DNA from: Octopus vulgaris
Lineage: Eukaryota
Direction: 5' to 3'
Length of the DNA: 64,000 nt
Assembly: GCA_951406725.2 (NCBI GenBank)
Contig: OX597821.1
Span: forward strand, 81,778,001 to 81,842,000
The position numbers were made by a program, and so were the translations under genes. Numbering within the stretch: the first letter of the stretch is position 1; each line of letters starts with the position of its first letter. Under the pieces are notes generated by a model that made no database searches, was not told the DNA's origin, and worked only from the letters and a program-made list of their open reading frames with translations. This document shows, piece by piece, positions 28,020-41,200 of this stretch.

Positions 28020-28370
28020 ATCTTTTACTTGTTTCAGTCACTGGACTGCGACCATGCTGGGGCATCACAGTTACGGATTTAGTCGAACAAATTGACCCCC
28101 AGTATATTTTTTTGTCCGAGCTTGCCACTTATTCTATCGGTTTCTTTTACCGAACCAGTATATTACGGGGACGTAAATATAGCATCACCGGTCGCCAAGC
28201 AGTGCTGGGGGACAAACACACACACATGACGAACTTCTTTCATTTTCCGTCTACTAAATCCACTCACGAAGCTTTGGCCGGCCCAGGGTTTATAGTGGAA
28301 TGAGATGCTGTGGGACTCGAAACAATGTGGTTTAGAAGCAAATTGCTAGCTACACAGCCATGCCTGCGCG
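28020..28370 (-). mobile_element. SINE family A
   Basis: cttttacttgtttcagtca...acacagccatgcctgcgc; CpGs retained. Confidence 0.8.
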
Positions 28371-28833
28371 CAACAAAAGTCTAACTAACGAAGAAACTTA
28401 TAACATGCTGTGTTCCTTTTCCATCTCGATGACATTTGTTTTATGAATCTAGTCTCATTCGCAAAATGAACCCAATTTAATTTTGCTCAGATTGCTTGAA
28501 TTTTGATTACGATCAACCAATTACTTAATCTCGTAAATTAAAGAATTTGATGTTATTTGGAATTAAAAGTTGGGAAATTTGGGCAATTTTAACCAATCAA
28601 CAGACAGCTATTTCTAACATTTATCGTTTCTACATGTTTTCTCGACGTTGAAATCGAAACTATATAATATGTATTATTTTTGATGACTGTTATAGTTTGT
28701 CACCATCATAATGATTCATCTACCAATAAAGTGTGTAAATAAAACCGTTGTTAAACGCCCTGTGCTTTTGTTTAACATGGACGGCATTTTTATAATCCTC
28801 TACGAATGAAACTACCCAGTGGTTGTACTATAG

Positions 28834-29252
28834 TGTGACGGAGCATTCAACCTTCAAATTTTAATGTAATATTCGGGTAGAATCAGTATGGCTATTATAG
28901 GTAGTACAGCCAACTCGAAGAGTTTTATTGGAGAAGGCACTTCCTCGAGATATCACGCAACCCAGAAGCCTAGGACACCAACGTGAGCGTTCCCCCACTC
29001 ACTGGTTACTCAACACATATATAAAAACATATAATACAGGTAGGCACACAAGTACAATTAGCTAGATACATGCGTACATACATTACAGAGATAATACATT
29101 CATAGCCCCCCCAAAAAAAATAATACAGTTACATAAAAACATACGTATACAATTATATACACACGTGCTACGTATATACACAGAAAGACAATCTCTCCAG
29201 CTGTATACTTCCAGTTATATCTGTTTCACTGTTATGATCTATAGCTGTTACA
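28834..29252 (-). mobile_element. Possible solo or 3' LTR
   Basis: TG...CA termini with short inverted repeat tgtgac/gttaca, AATAAA on -, short purine run before the minus-strand start; no TSD seen. Confidence 0.3.
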
Positions 29253-29529
29253 TCCCATCCGTGGCTATCAGATGAACACTCCCACCTTTGTAGTGTGATT
29301 TATTGATAGAAGAAATTCTATACTGACCAAGAACTGGAGCCAGACACTTAAAAGTGTACTTATTGCTGTTGAAATCTATGTGTGTGTGTGTGTGTGTATG
29401 TATATATATATATAGTTGAAAAAAGATTAGAGATCTATACAAATAATATATATATATATAAAGCAACACACCACATGGGGAAAATCGTTTCAACGAAATT
29501 CTTTTTTTTTTTTTTTAACTATATACACA

Positions 29530-29990
29530 GGAGGCGCAGCATGGACGAGTGATTAAGAAGTTCGCTTCGCAATTATGAGATCCCGGTTTCGATTCCACTG
29601 TGTTGCCTACCAAATATCACCGTAATTTTTTCAGGCATGGCTGTGAGGTTAAGAAGTGGTTTAGGGTTCAGTCCCACTGCACGGTAACTTGGACATGTAT
29701 CAACTTCTTCTGTAGCCTCGGACCGACTAATGCCGCGTGAGTGAATCTGACACGCGGAAACTGTAAGGAATGCCGTCACATATGTATATACTTGTGCGGC
29801 TGTGTTTATCCCTCATTGCCGTTTGACAACCTGCGCTGGTTTGTTTGCGTTCCCGTATATTAGCAGTTCGGCAAGAGATGGACTTTTAGAAAATAAGTAC
29901 AGGCGTCGTTTGTTAGACTAACCGCCCCCCCCCCCCCGGGCGATACCCCAGCATGGCCTATGTACAATGACTTACACGTGTAAAAGACAT
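29530..29990 (+). mobile_element. SINE family A with duplicated head
   Basis: Two tRNA-like heads (~29530, ~29633) followed by body and tail. Confidence 0.7.
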
Positions 29991-30154
29991 TGCTGTAGAC
30001 ATCATACTGACAAAGCTGTTAGTGTTGACAGGATGACGAAGTCGATGGCTAGGAAGGTGCTTCCTTTAATGTTTCAAAATATTTTAAGCTATAGCTAATT
30101 CATTCCACATAAGTGAAAATAGGTCCACCTTTAACAATCAGGAGGACAATATAT

Positions 30155-30380
30155 GTAACCCTTTCGTTACTGTATTTATTTTGAGATATTCTAGATTTCT
30201 TTCAATTACTTTAAATATAACAAAGAATTTAGTAAAATAACTTAGTTATCATTCAGCTAGTTTTAGGAACATAAATTGTGACCAAGGTTTGGTGGAAGAT
30301 TTTAATTCAAAACACGAAAATAAGACATCTGAACTCAGAGCCAGAGCCTGTTTCGGCCGGGTTGGTAACGAAAGGGATAA
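30155..30380. mobile_element. piggyBac-type (TTAA) MITE family 1
   Basis: gtaa-ccctttcgttac ... gtaacgaaaggg-ataa; related copies at ~3064-3290, ~45355-45582, ~42880-43537 and partial ~58320-58470. Confidence 0.7.
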
Positions 30381-30519
30381 CAAGTGTTCTGATATATTTC
30401 AGTACCTGGTTCAAGACTTCATATGGCACTTGTGACCACAGAGGAAAGTTACTCCAACATCCTACAATAGACCAATTATTTCGGTTTGCCATGACAGTCG
30501 ACCTAAATTACTCCTTCTC

Positions 30520-31090
30520 CACAATAAGGGTAGATTTAAGCATACAACCAATGTGCTTTTGGCTAATTAAATACCCCTTCCTTATTGCTTGAGTGAATTA
30601 CATTACAGCTTGAGTAAATTAACTACATGGTGTTTACTTCTGGGTAGATCAGTTACACTCACTATTTGACTTGAGTACAAAGTAGCGAAGTTAGAATGTG
30701 TGTTACCCGAGATAGCCCCTGAGAGTGTCTCTTGCGTCACCCGGGGCGGACTACCCCCATCGCTCTAATCCTAGCTCTCCAATTGTTAGTCAGCAACATT
30801 CTCCCTACTGCGTGGGTCGTTCAGTTAAATTTCTCCCTTGCTTGGGTAGATCAATTACACTCTCCCTATTTCTTGGGTAGATCATTTATAGCATTCTCTA
30901 TTGCTTACACCCTCTATTTCTAGGATACTTTCAGTCAATTCCCCTCTGTTATTTAGGTACGTTAGTTATACCTTCTTAATTGTTTGTGTACATCAATTAC
31001 TCTCTACTGCTCAGGTAAATCTACTACACTTCATCTTAATCAAATCCTCAATACCCGTCAACAACCTGGGTATCGATCAACAATACCCTT
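30520..31090. repeat. Degenerate ~30-bp minisatellite
   Basis: Recurring cttgggtagatcaattacactctc(t)ct-like units. Confidence 0.6.
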
Positions 31091-31724
31091 TACAAATTAG
31101 ATTTCCTTTTGATTGTTTACTTATTTTTATCTTTATTTTTTTATATATATTTTCGGCAATTCACAACCAGCGATTCTGAAATACCTGAACCAAAATGATG
31201 AACAAAGATTTAATTAAAATAAATAAATACTGGACCTATGAAAATCGATATACAATCAATTGATATAAATATAACAAACAAATACCCTGGAATTACCTAA
31301 TTCAATGGTTATTCAGTCGGGTCAAAGGTCATTCACTGACTGCAGTGGACAGCATGAATTTTTTATCATTGGTTTCTCTATTACATTCGTGCAATGTGAA
31401 TAATTAACGGAGTTGGCAGCTGTGCTTTACACCAATCAATCAACATCAGAACATTATTAGAAATATTTACTTTTTTTTTCTTTCTTGCCTGCAAACAGTA
31501 AACATTTTGAGAAACAGTGTGTGTGTGTGAGAGAGAGAGAGAGTCATTTCAACAATGAAACTAAGGCCAAATTGTCAATCAAGTGTTTGGAATTTGAAAT
31601 GTAACCAAAACGAATGACAAATATTTCAGTTATGAAGATGTGAAAAGAAAGCCACACACACACACGTTCCACAGAAACCATTTTACGTTTTGAAAATAGA
31701 CAGTAGATATTTAAAACTAGACAA

Positions 31725-31892
31725 CTGTATTCGATGGCATATAAGACGCACTTTTTTTCTAAGGAATGTTTCAAAAATAAAAAAAAATCACGCCAGGGTC
31801 TTGCATTACCATGCTTTATTGCTATTACAACTTCATTTCCTGAATAATGTGCTGCTGAAATTGAGGTGCGTGTAATATGCCATCAAATACGG
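31725..31892. mobile_element. Tigger/pogo-type MITE
   Basis: TIRs ctgtattcgatggcatataagacgcac / gtgcgtgtaatatgccatcaaatacgg; decayed relatives ~49893-50078 and ~11976-12255. Confidence 0.65.
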
Positions 31893-32949
31893 CAGGTAAT
31901 ACGGTACCGCATGATCCGCAATAACGTAAGCTTTAATATTGCAGCTATTAAAAGAAGTACTTTGAAACAGGTGGAAAAATTACCTACACACTGAGAATGT
32001 CCTACAAATCTGTGTGAGTGAGTGTGAGTCTGTGTGCGTCAAGTTGTGGTTTCGAGGATAGGGGCAAACGTAGATTTGTAACTAGTTTCACTAAACGAAA
32101 TAGTTCCAATAAAAATCGTTGACGATTAACACCATACGTTTCATATTAATTTATTTATATTTACAGAATGATCAGATAGACAGGTGTAAGTGAGTGAGTG
32201 TGTGTATGTGGCGAGAGAGGGTGAGAGAAATTAGAAGGAATTGTGAGAATTACTAGAATATATAAAGTAATGAGTATTTTTTCAAATGTTAGTAAACCCA
32301 AACATCTAAAGACACAGATATATAGACAGACATCCCTGCTATCGCTGGTAAGGTGAGGGGATAGGACTAAACGTAGGTGACACATGTTAAGACTTGACAA
32401 TGTCACACGTACTGCGAGACTCTCCCCCTGCGGCCAACGAAACACTGTATTTATTGAGGAGCTTTTTTAAAACAGAAATAAATATATTGCAAGACTTCCT
32501 GTCTTCTGCTCTGATAGACTAAGTGGTAGATGTATAGAAATAAATAGTTTGTATACAATGGCATAAATACTGAACCAGCCAAATGAAGAGTTACGGAGTT
32601 GAACTCGACCGAGTAATTATAGTTTTGCAGTTCCGTTCACAGTGAACATGGAAATGTATGATCGAGAGTCGATACGAAGAAGTGTGGATAATTCACTGTT
32701 GTTGTTTTTGTTAATTGTTATTATTATTGTTATACTCCTCTTAGAAAATCTAAGCCTGATGTATGCCAATGTGAGATTTTAATATTAATAGCAGTGATAA
32801 CTTGTATATCCATTGTACAGTAGAAGCCGCTTTTTGCCATCATCATCAATGTTTATTATCTTATGTATATTGTCATTAAAATTACATCATCCTAACCATG
32901 TTCAGTGTATTTGTTATTATGTTGTTCTTAAACACTATCTGTCAGTTTT

Positions 32950-33320
32950 AAGGCAGTGAGCTGGCAGAATCGTTAGCACGCCGGACGAAATGCTTAGCAG
33001 TATTTCGCCCGTCACTACGTTCTGAGTTCAAATTCCGCCGAGGTCGACTTAATCATTTTGTCTCCTCTGTGTTTAGCCTCTTGTGGGCAGTAAAGAAATA
33101 AGAATTGAGCTGGCAGCATCGTTACCACACCAGACAAAATACTTTACGACATTTCTTCCAACTTAACATTCTGAGTTCAAATTCCGCCGAGGTCAACTTT
33201 ACCTTTCATCCTTTCGGAGCGGGTAAAATAAATTACCAGTTGAGCACTGGAGTCGACGTAATCGCTTTACCCACTCTCCTGAAGTTGCTGGCCCTGTGCC
33301 AAAATTTGAAACCAATGTTA
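32950..33320 (+). mobile_element. Tandem pair of SINE family B (first copy internally deleted)
   Basis: Same sequence as 1830-2210. Confidence 0.8.
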
Positions 33321-35239
33321 TCAGCCTGTTTTGTTCTAACTATCTACAAATAGATAGGTATATAATCACAATGAGCGTTATATATATATATATATATATA
33401 CACCACTCAGAGAGGAAGACAGGGAGTCTTGCAGTATATTTATTTCTGTCATATATATCAGTTGAAATTTACAGAAAAACAAAAAGACGAGGACAGGTGT
33501 ATGAACAACAAACAGGTGTATTAGTTTGACGCCCAGGAAAGTGAGAAAGTCTTTTATGTTTCGAGCCTACACTCTTCAACAGAGAGGAATAAGAGAAAAT
33601 AAACGGAGATCGAATAAAAATATTTTAAAAACTTGTGTATTTAGCGGTCAAACTGAGCAACAATGAAAGAAGCTTGATCTCCGTGTAAATTTACACGCAC
33701 GCACAGGTGATAGGAATTCGCTCCATTGTTACTCGGAGTTTCACAAATGCACAAGTTTTACCTTTGGTTAAGTGATTCGCGTGGTCGAAAATGTTGCATC
33801 CCCGAAATGACTTCACTGTTGTGATGTAAGAGACGATACCGAGTTCGTGTTTGAGGGCGTAACAACAGCTAATCCGCGTAACTTGCCGAATCCAGTGGCT
33901 ATAAATTAGTGTTGGTTGTCTAAGAGAAACCTCCTCTGATACTGACAGCTGGGCAATACCTCGGGCCTACGGTTCAACAATATCAGCGGAACTAAGACAA
34001 AGCCTAATATTTGGAACTTCTCAATTAAACAAACTGTAAAGCTTTGTAAAACGAAGTACCAGATACTGAAGCAACCAGTGATATCCAACAATTGAAGGCG
34101 TCTCTTACATTATACATCAGCTCAGCCAATTCCGGCCAGCAACATTTTCGACCGCTTGACTAATAAGTATTGGGCTTTCTGGTGCTCTGTAGACATACCA
34201 CTGTCATTCGTCAAATATTAATGATACTTATACTTTACATGCGTGAAACTCCAAGTATCAGTTAAGTGGTTCACGAAATGTTATTCAAAAAATATAGATT
34301 TACACACAGACACGTACACAAACACTGCTATGTTGTTACGAAGTTCGCTTCGGAACCACACAGTCCCGTGTTCGATCCCGCGTAGAAAGACACACATGAT
34401 GGGTTTCCTCACAGTATCCCTCTCTATAAATTCATTCGCAATGTATTCGTCGACCTTATGCTATGGTTGAAGACACGTGTCCAAAATTCCGCTCAGAAGG
34501 ACTGAACGCGAAACCGCGTGATTGCAAAGCGAGTTTCTTAACCGCATTTTATTATTGTTGGGTGGAGTTCAATAAATTAAATACCAGTCCTATATATTAT
34601 GGCAATATAAGAAATCATTATCTATACAGCTGCTCTATCGACTTTTGAACCATCGAGTCCTGTTGTTTATTTACCTTCTTTGCAACAACTAGCCTTAATT
34701 AAAGGTTTTTTTTATCTATTTTTTTCCATCCCACTTTGTATCTATCAGTGTGGAGGTATTGTAATTAGAGTACACCTATTATGACAAACAGGTTAAATGA
34801 AACGGTAACAATGAAACACCGCACAGCGATAGTTCGATCCCTTCTTAGATCGAGCGGAGGTTGTATTTGTTAATAATGGGTCTAGCTAAATCTTCCTCGT
34901 ATCGCATCACACCCGACTACGAATAACATATTCCTAGATAAAGTTCCCCACACACACACACACACACACACAAACAGGATAATTATAACTAGAATGAGTT
35001 TGCTCATAATCATATGTTTGTTCTATTAGAAGTTAGGGCTAAACAATAAAAAGGCATGGTGGGAATTTAACGTTTAAAATATGAAACAGAATGCATGCAA
35101 GCCTGTCGCCAGACTTCAGTGTCCGGGTGTGCTTCAGAATATACAGGGTGGCCACTAATTTGTATTGCGGGATGATTTTTGCAAACTGTATTTTCTAAAT
35201 CTGATGGTGTCCAGTGCACTCTCTTAGTAATGGATATGA

Positions 35240-35432
35240 ATTTTTTCTACTCTAGGCACAAGGCCCGAAATTTTAGGAGAGGGGGCCAGTCGAATAGATC
35301 GACACCAGTAAGCAACTGGTAATCTATCGTCCTCGAAAGGATGAAAGGCAAAGTCGACCTCGGCAGAATTTGAACTCAGAACATAAAGACAAGCGAAATA
35401 CCGCTATTTCACCCGGCGTGCTAAAGTTTCTG
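35240..35432 (-). mobile_element. SINE family B
   Basis: Reverse complement of family B; other copies ~3630-3760(-), ~51590-51790(+), ~56365-56580(+). Confidence 0.75.
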
Positions 35433-35940
35433 AAATATGGAGCTTCTAGTCCATGATTTGTCATTATATGACACATGGATTCTACAACTTCGGTTTAGCT
35501 CTCCGAAAATGTTATCAGATCTTCTGATGAAATGCTTACTGTGCTATGTTAGAGTCTTCTTATCCAGAAGGATCTTCTCGTTAGCATAACACAACAGAAG
35601 TTACAGTTAAAACACTGGTTTACATGAACCGCCAGACTTTTTCTTTTCTTTTCCTTTTTCATACAAACACCATATAATGACAAAATGCACACATTAAAAT
35701 TTATACACCACAAAACACTGAAACTATACACACACACACACATTCAACAGGTGAAATCTAGAGATGCTCAATACTTTATATGTATATATAAAGTACACTG
35801 ATAATGATATAAACAATACTAACATAGCATGAGATTTTAGTAACGAAATATTTCGCTTATAGAGGCCGAGAGAGTGAGTCTGGAGTGAACCAAATAACTC
35901 CCAATATAAAAATCAATCCCCCCCCCCCTCTCTCTCTCAC

Positions 35941-35973
<33 letters not shown>

Positions 35974-36638
35974 AATATAAATATATATTTATATATATAC
36001 GCGTGTGTGTGTGGTTAACACATGTTTGCTACATACAGGTAAAACACTACAGTGGCTATTTGCGGTTAATTTTCTCACTTGCATAGTCAGAGGTAGCTGT
36101 TTAGTGTTAATTTTCCCATTAGAACACCTACATCCAGGTATCTGATGACTATTTTCTCAGTAGCTATGCCCAGGATATTTGTGTTATTCTATCATATTTT
36201 TTAACTGGAATAAACACGGGTATTCAACACCTACATTTCATCAACAGCCCCACTATTACACGCTTGCGAATATTCCATGTCAATTCATTTTTAACTTATT
36301 TACTGATATAGAAAATAATGTTTTATTAAATGAAGATGATATTTATAGAAACTGTGAAGAACGGGGACCATGAGTTTATGATGTTTATGCCTTTCTTCAA
36401 GGACATAAGTAACAACAGTAATACTTTGATAGCATACACTCAATATTTCACATATATATTATATATATATATTTAAAGCCCGTTAAGTATATAGTTAAGG
36501 TAATTAAGCTATGATCACAGCAAATTAAAATTTAAAAAAATAAAACGTACGTTATATGATATAATGACGTAAAAGAAATTAAAATATAACATACCCCAGT
36601 GAGAAGTTTGCTGTCTTCATTAAAATAAATCTATTTAC

Positions 36639-36670
36639 CTATAAGGACACCAGTACACCTGTGTAGGCAT
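36639..36670 (-). CDS. Candidate alternative first coding segment MPTQVYWCPY (phase-2 end)
   Basis: Minus: ATG CCT ACA CAG GTG TAC TGG TGT CCT TAT AG|gtaaat, downstream of CpG-rich non-repetitive leader sequence. Confidence 0.28.
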
Positions 36671-36699
36671 AGATTATGAGACTTAGTAAATCAAAGTTT

Positions 36700-37780
36700 C
36701 CGTAATAGTTATCCGTTCCATGTTACGTAGAGCTGTTGCTGTTATGTTGGCCGAAGACGGGAGTTTGTCTCTTTAATTCTTTTTTTTTTTCTCCCTCCGA
36801 ATAGATTGTTTATGAGTGAGGCGAGGAAACAATAATGACTTGGTCGGTCCTGGTAGCAGTCGGAGTGGTTGCACAAAGTGTGATCGTCAATGTGATTGCT
36901 TCGCTGGTGTTGCTGGTGAGGCTGTAGTACTGGACTGGTGAGGGTCTAGTCGGTTGATGGTGGTGGTTGTAGTGGTGGTAGAGTTTAAGTGTATATAGTT
37001 TCTGTGCTTAAGTTTATTTATAAATCGCTGTATCGTTAAACTATACTTACATTTAAGTATGTATATGTCAATTAAACACAGTGTCAGTGTTGACTAATAT
37101 ATATATACATACTTATACAATCACATACACAGAAACTCAGTGAGTGTGTGTACGTGCGTGTATATGCATTTATTACAAGTGAATTCCCAGCCAACTTGGT
37201 CGATCCCTGGGGTCGGCAGGTTTCATTCACGTCAGGGGGGAGGGAAGGGAGTTATAAACAAACAACATGATAGCTCGACGAGTGTGTTGTAGTGGAAAGG
37301 ACTATACATGTAAAGTGACCCAGTTTATATATATATATATATGGTGTGTGTGTGTGTTTGTGTATGTTTACGTGCCTACGTGCGGAGAAATCCCATCAGT
37401 TAAGCAAAGAATGGGCTCCAACCGAGAAAATCAGGTGAAGGTGGACGTAGGGAGACAAAAGACGCAGTATTTTAAGACCTACCTCAGTCTTTTCTCTACA
37501 CACTAAGACTACCTGAGTACACGTGTGTGTCTATTTCTCTCTATATCCACTCCTTCCTCCCCCCCCTGTTGTCTTTTTACCTCACGCACTTGGACTGCAC
37601 TTTTTTTTTTTCTTTTGACAGCTACCATTCTAAGCTCCTGTTCTAGAACGTGATCTGTTCTATGAAATCCACAAAACTTCGGGGTTGAGGGAATAATAGA
37701 GGTGTCCTTTATTTTTTTCTCTTTGTTTTGATTCATTGATTTCGTTTATCGGACTTGTGTGCGATCCCGGGACATCAGCT
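36700..37780 (-). promoter_or_regulatory. Second CpG-rich promoter/5' UTR-like region
   Basis: High CpG density, CRE-like CACGTCA followed by GGGGGGAGGG (~37228-37245), donor-like sites on - near 37482 and 37513; largely free of SINEs. Confidence 0.35.
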
Positions 37781-38613
37781 TCGAGGGATTTTAGCCTTGG
37801 TACTCAGAATGAAAGACAAAATTGATACGAGCAAGATTTGAGCTCAAACATAAAAAGGGTATAACGTAACTTGTCCGACAGTGTATATATATATTATATA
37901 AATCATCAACATCATCATCATCTTTTAACGCCTACTTTTCCAAGACTGCATGGGTCAGACGGAATTTATTGAAGCACATTTTCTACGGCTGGATGCCCTT
38001 CCAGTCACCAACTCTTACCTGTTTCCCAAGGTAATGTTTTTCGCTTGTATGACGATGATGCTCATTTACAACCATACATCATGTCAAGGCAAGGGTACAC
38101 ACAAACATGCATGTGTGTGTGTGGAGAGAGAGAGAGATAAGGGTGGTGCTTTCTTCAGTTTCCATCTATCTAATATACTCACAAAGCTTTGGTGGCACCA
38201 GGGTTATAGTCGCACAAGTTGCCACAAAGTAGGTCCGAACTCAAAACTATGTGTTTGTAAAGCAAACTTCTTAACCACGCAGCCATGCATGTGATATCTG
38301 TTTATACAAAACTGTTGTTATGTATGTTGTATACAGTTCGTGAACTGTAAAACTAAGTCATTGTACACCTGTATTTCCGTTTTCTTTCACTCTGTATATT
38401 CCGTACATACCTACATACATACTTACATACATAGCTTTGGAGACTTAAGCCTTCAATTTGAGCTTGTCAAATACTTTATTATAGTCGGTGAAGTAGAATG
38501 TGAAATAAAAAATAAAAAGAAAAGAATGATTTAGTAGTGATTAACTTTCTAATCTGTACATTGTACTTTAAATTATGCATTCTTTGAATATTTGTCTGTC
38601 TCTTTCACTATAT

Positions 38614-38663
<50 letters not shown>

Positions 38664-40829
38664 CACACACATATATATTTTCGTAAACACTCCCTTACAC
38701 ACATATTATATCACATAACTGGATGGACATTGACTCTCCTGAGTTCGTCCACCTTTTGAAGAGTCTTGTTTTTCATTCCACAGGGTGTCCAAAAATCACT
38801 TTATTCAACAAACAGGTTTGGTGGTGTTGCCATTTTAGTCATCAACAACCCAACCATGCAACAAGAGATTGTTATATATATATATATACATTTAAAACAG
38901 AGCCTGAGAATTGCATGAAGGCACTAAATGTGTTATAAAAAATGCTATCTCAGCTCTTTTCATCACATGAAACTATTAGTTGCTCGTATACTGTGTTTAC
39001 TAATGAATTTTTATCTCTCACCAGATGGAGTACTTTTTTGTTGATCTTGTACCATCACATAACAGTACACTATATGGATGAATGGATGGATGGATGGACG
39101 GACGGACAGATAGATAGTTAGATAGATGACAAAGATAAGTACCAAGAAGTAATTTTCCAATGCCAGGAATTTGGCCAACAAAGATGAAGAGGAGTGTTCT
39201 AAGTACCATTAAAGATAAATGCCTGGTTTATTGAAATAATTTTTGCTTTGAGAGTAGGTAGACAAACACCTAACGGAAGTTGCAACTGATTCTGAATTTG
39301 AAGAGGAGGTAATCTCAAGGAACCAACAATCAGTCTCCTGAATTAGCATTCTATTAAGGAAAAGATAATCTGTTTGATCAAGAAATGGGAGGAGGGCTGT
39401 GATCATGTTTCTACCTCAATGCCATCAGCACAGCGTTGCACTACCTTGACCCCCAAACACATACAAACACACATACACATTAGTGCTTATCCTGTTAATT
39501 TACATTTATTGCAGACAGGCATGCACAAATGCTTAAGAATTCCACTTTGTAATCATCAGGGGCCTGGTTCAATGTCACCACAAGTTACCTTGAGAAAATG
39601 CCTTCTATTATGACCTTATGTCAACCGAAGCCTTGTGAACAGAGGTTTTATACCCAGATGACCAAAGTGTGCACTGCACACACACACCAAAGGTTGTAGA
39701 TTTATCAACAGTATTAAGTTCACTGAGTAAATATAAACGTAGATCCGAATGGCAAACTAATTTTTCTGTCCAAAGTTATGAAATTCTGTGGCAGTCATTT
39801 TGATATAGCAGTGACCATCCCACAGCAAGTTGTATTGTGATAGGACACTGAACAGATGGCAGGATAATGGAAGGACAAAAAGTCAGGAACAAAATGTGAG
39901 AAATATTTCACTAACGTAAAGCCTGTATTCACTGAGACATATGTATAAATTCATTAGAAATTAATTATCTGATTTTCATCATTATCATCACCCCACCACC
40001 ATCATCATCATTGTTTTTTAATGTCCAGTTTTCTATACTTGCATGTCTGGAGAGAGTTTATTGAAGCAGGGTTTTTCTATGGACAGACAAGTAGGCAAGT
40101 AGAGAGACAGATAACATTTTACACTCTTTGTGGCAATGTTGTGGATGGTGTTTTCCACTGAATGAAGTCAGGCTGTGGTCATTTCTAAACTAAATGGACA
40201 GTGGTCATCAACTACAGACTGTTATTAGTCACCAAGACACACAATTATCAAGATTTCTTTATTATTATTTTAGTTTTTTTTACTTTTACACCAAACAATG
40301 AATGAAGTAAGGTAAGTTTAGTCACCAAAGTTTACAAACCTATCATTGAACTGGTCACATATACACACACAATATATTCTCTCTTACTTATACACATATG
40401 TGCATGTACATGTGTATATATGTATATATATATGTATGTGTATATATATGTACATGTATATTGTGATCATGTGATCAACTAGTGAGAGGGGACAAGCACA
40501 GACACAAAGTCATACACACACACACACATAGATATATTTATATATACATATATATATACAATGGGTTTCTCTCAGTTTCTGCCTACCAAGTCCATTCACA
40601 AGGCTTTGGTCAGTCCAGGGCCATATTGGAAGACACTTGCCCAAGGAGCCATGCAGTGAGACTGAACCTTGAATCATGTGGCTAGGAAGCAAGCTTCTTT
40701 CCACACAACCATGTATATACCTACATCTACTTCCATATACTGTTCATCAAAGTACAGTATGGTTGAATGATTAAGAACTATACCTATGCAAGCACAATGT
40801 TCCAGGTTCAGATACAGTAGAATCTCAGG

Positions 40830-41200
40830 CATACTCTTTTACTCGTTTCAGCCATTTGACTGTGGCCATGCTGGAGCACCACCTTTAGTCGAGCAAATTG
40901 ACCCCAGGACTTATTCTTTGTAAGCCTAGTACTTATTCTATCGGTCTTTTTCGCCGACCTAAATACACCAGCATCAGTTGTCAAGCGATGTCGGGAGGAA
41001 CAAACACAGACACACAAACATATATATATATGTACGACGGGCTTCTTTCAGTTTCCGTCTACCAAATCCACTCACAAGGCTTTGGTCGGTCCAAGGCTAT
41101 ACTAGACGACACTTGCCCAAAGTGCCACGCTGTGGGACTGAACCCGGAACCATGTGGTTGGTGAGAAAGCTACTTACCACACAGCCACTCCTATGCCTGG
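40830..41200 (-). mobile_element. SINE family A
   Basis: Close match to 4886-5285; partial copy at ~40480-40715. Confidence 0.85.

Noticed and set aside
36835-36927. Plus-strand 30-aa hydrophobic ORF MTWSVLVAVGVVAQSVIVNVIASLVLLVRL
   Set aside because: Explained by GT-rich composition; no supporting plus-strand exon chain found.
39735-39755. cgtagatccgaa resembling miR-100/miR-10 family sequence
   Set aside because: Seed and 3' end differ and no precursor hairpin was seen.
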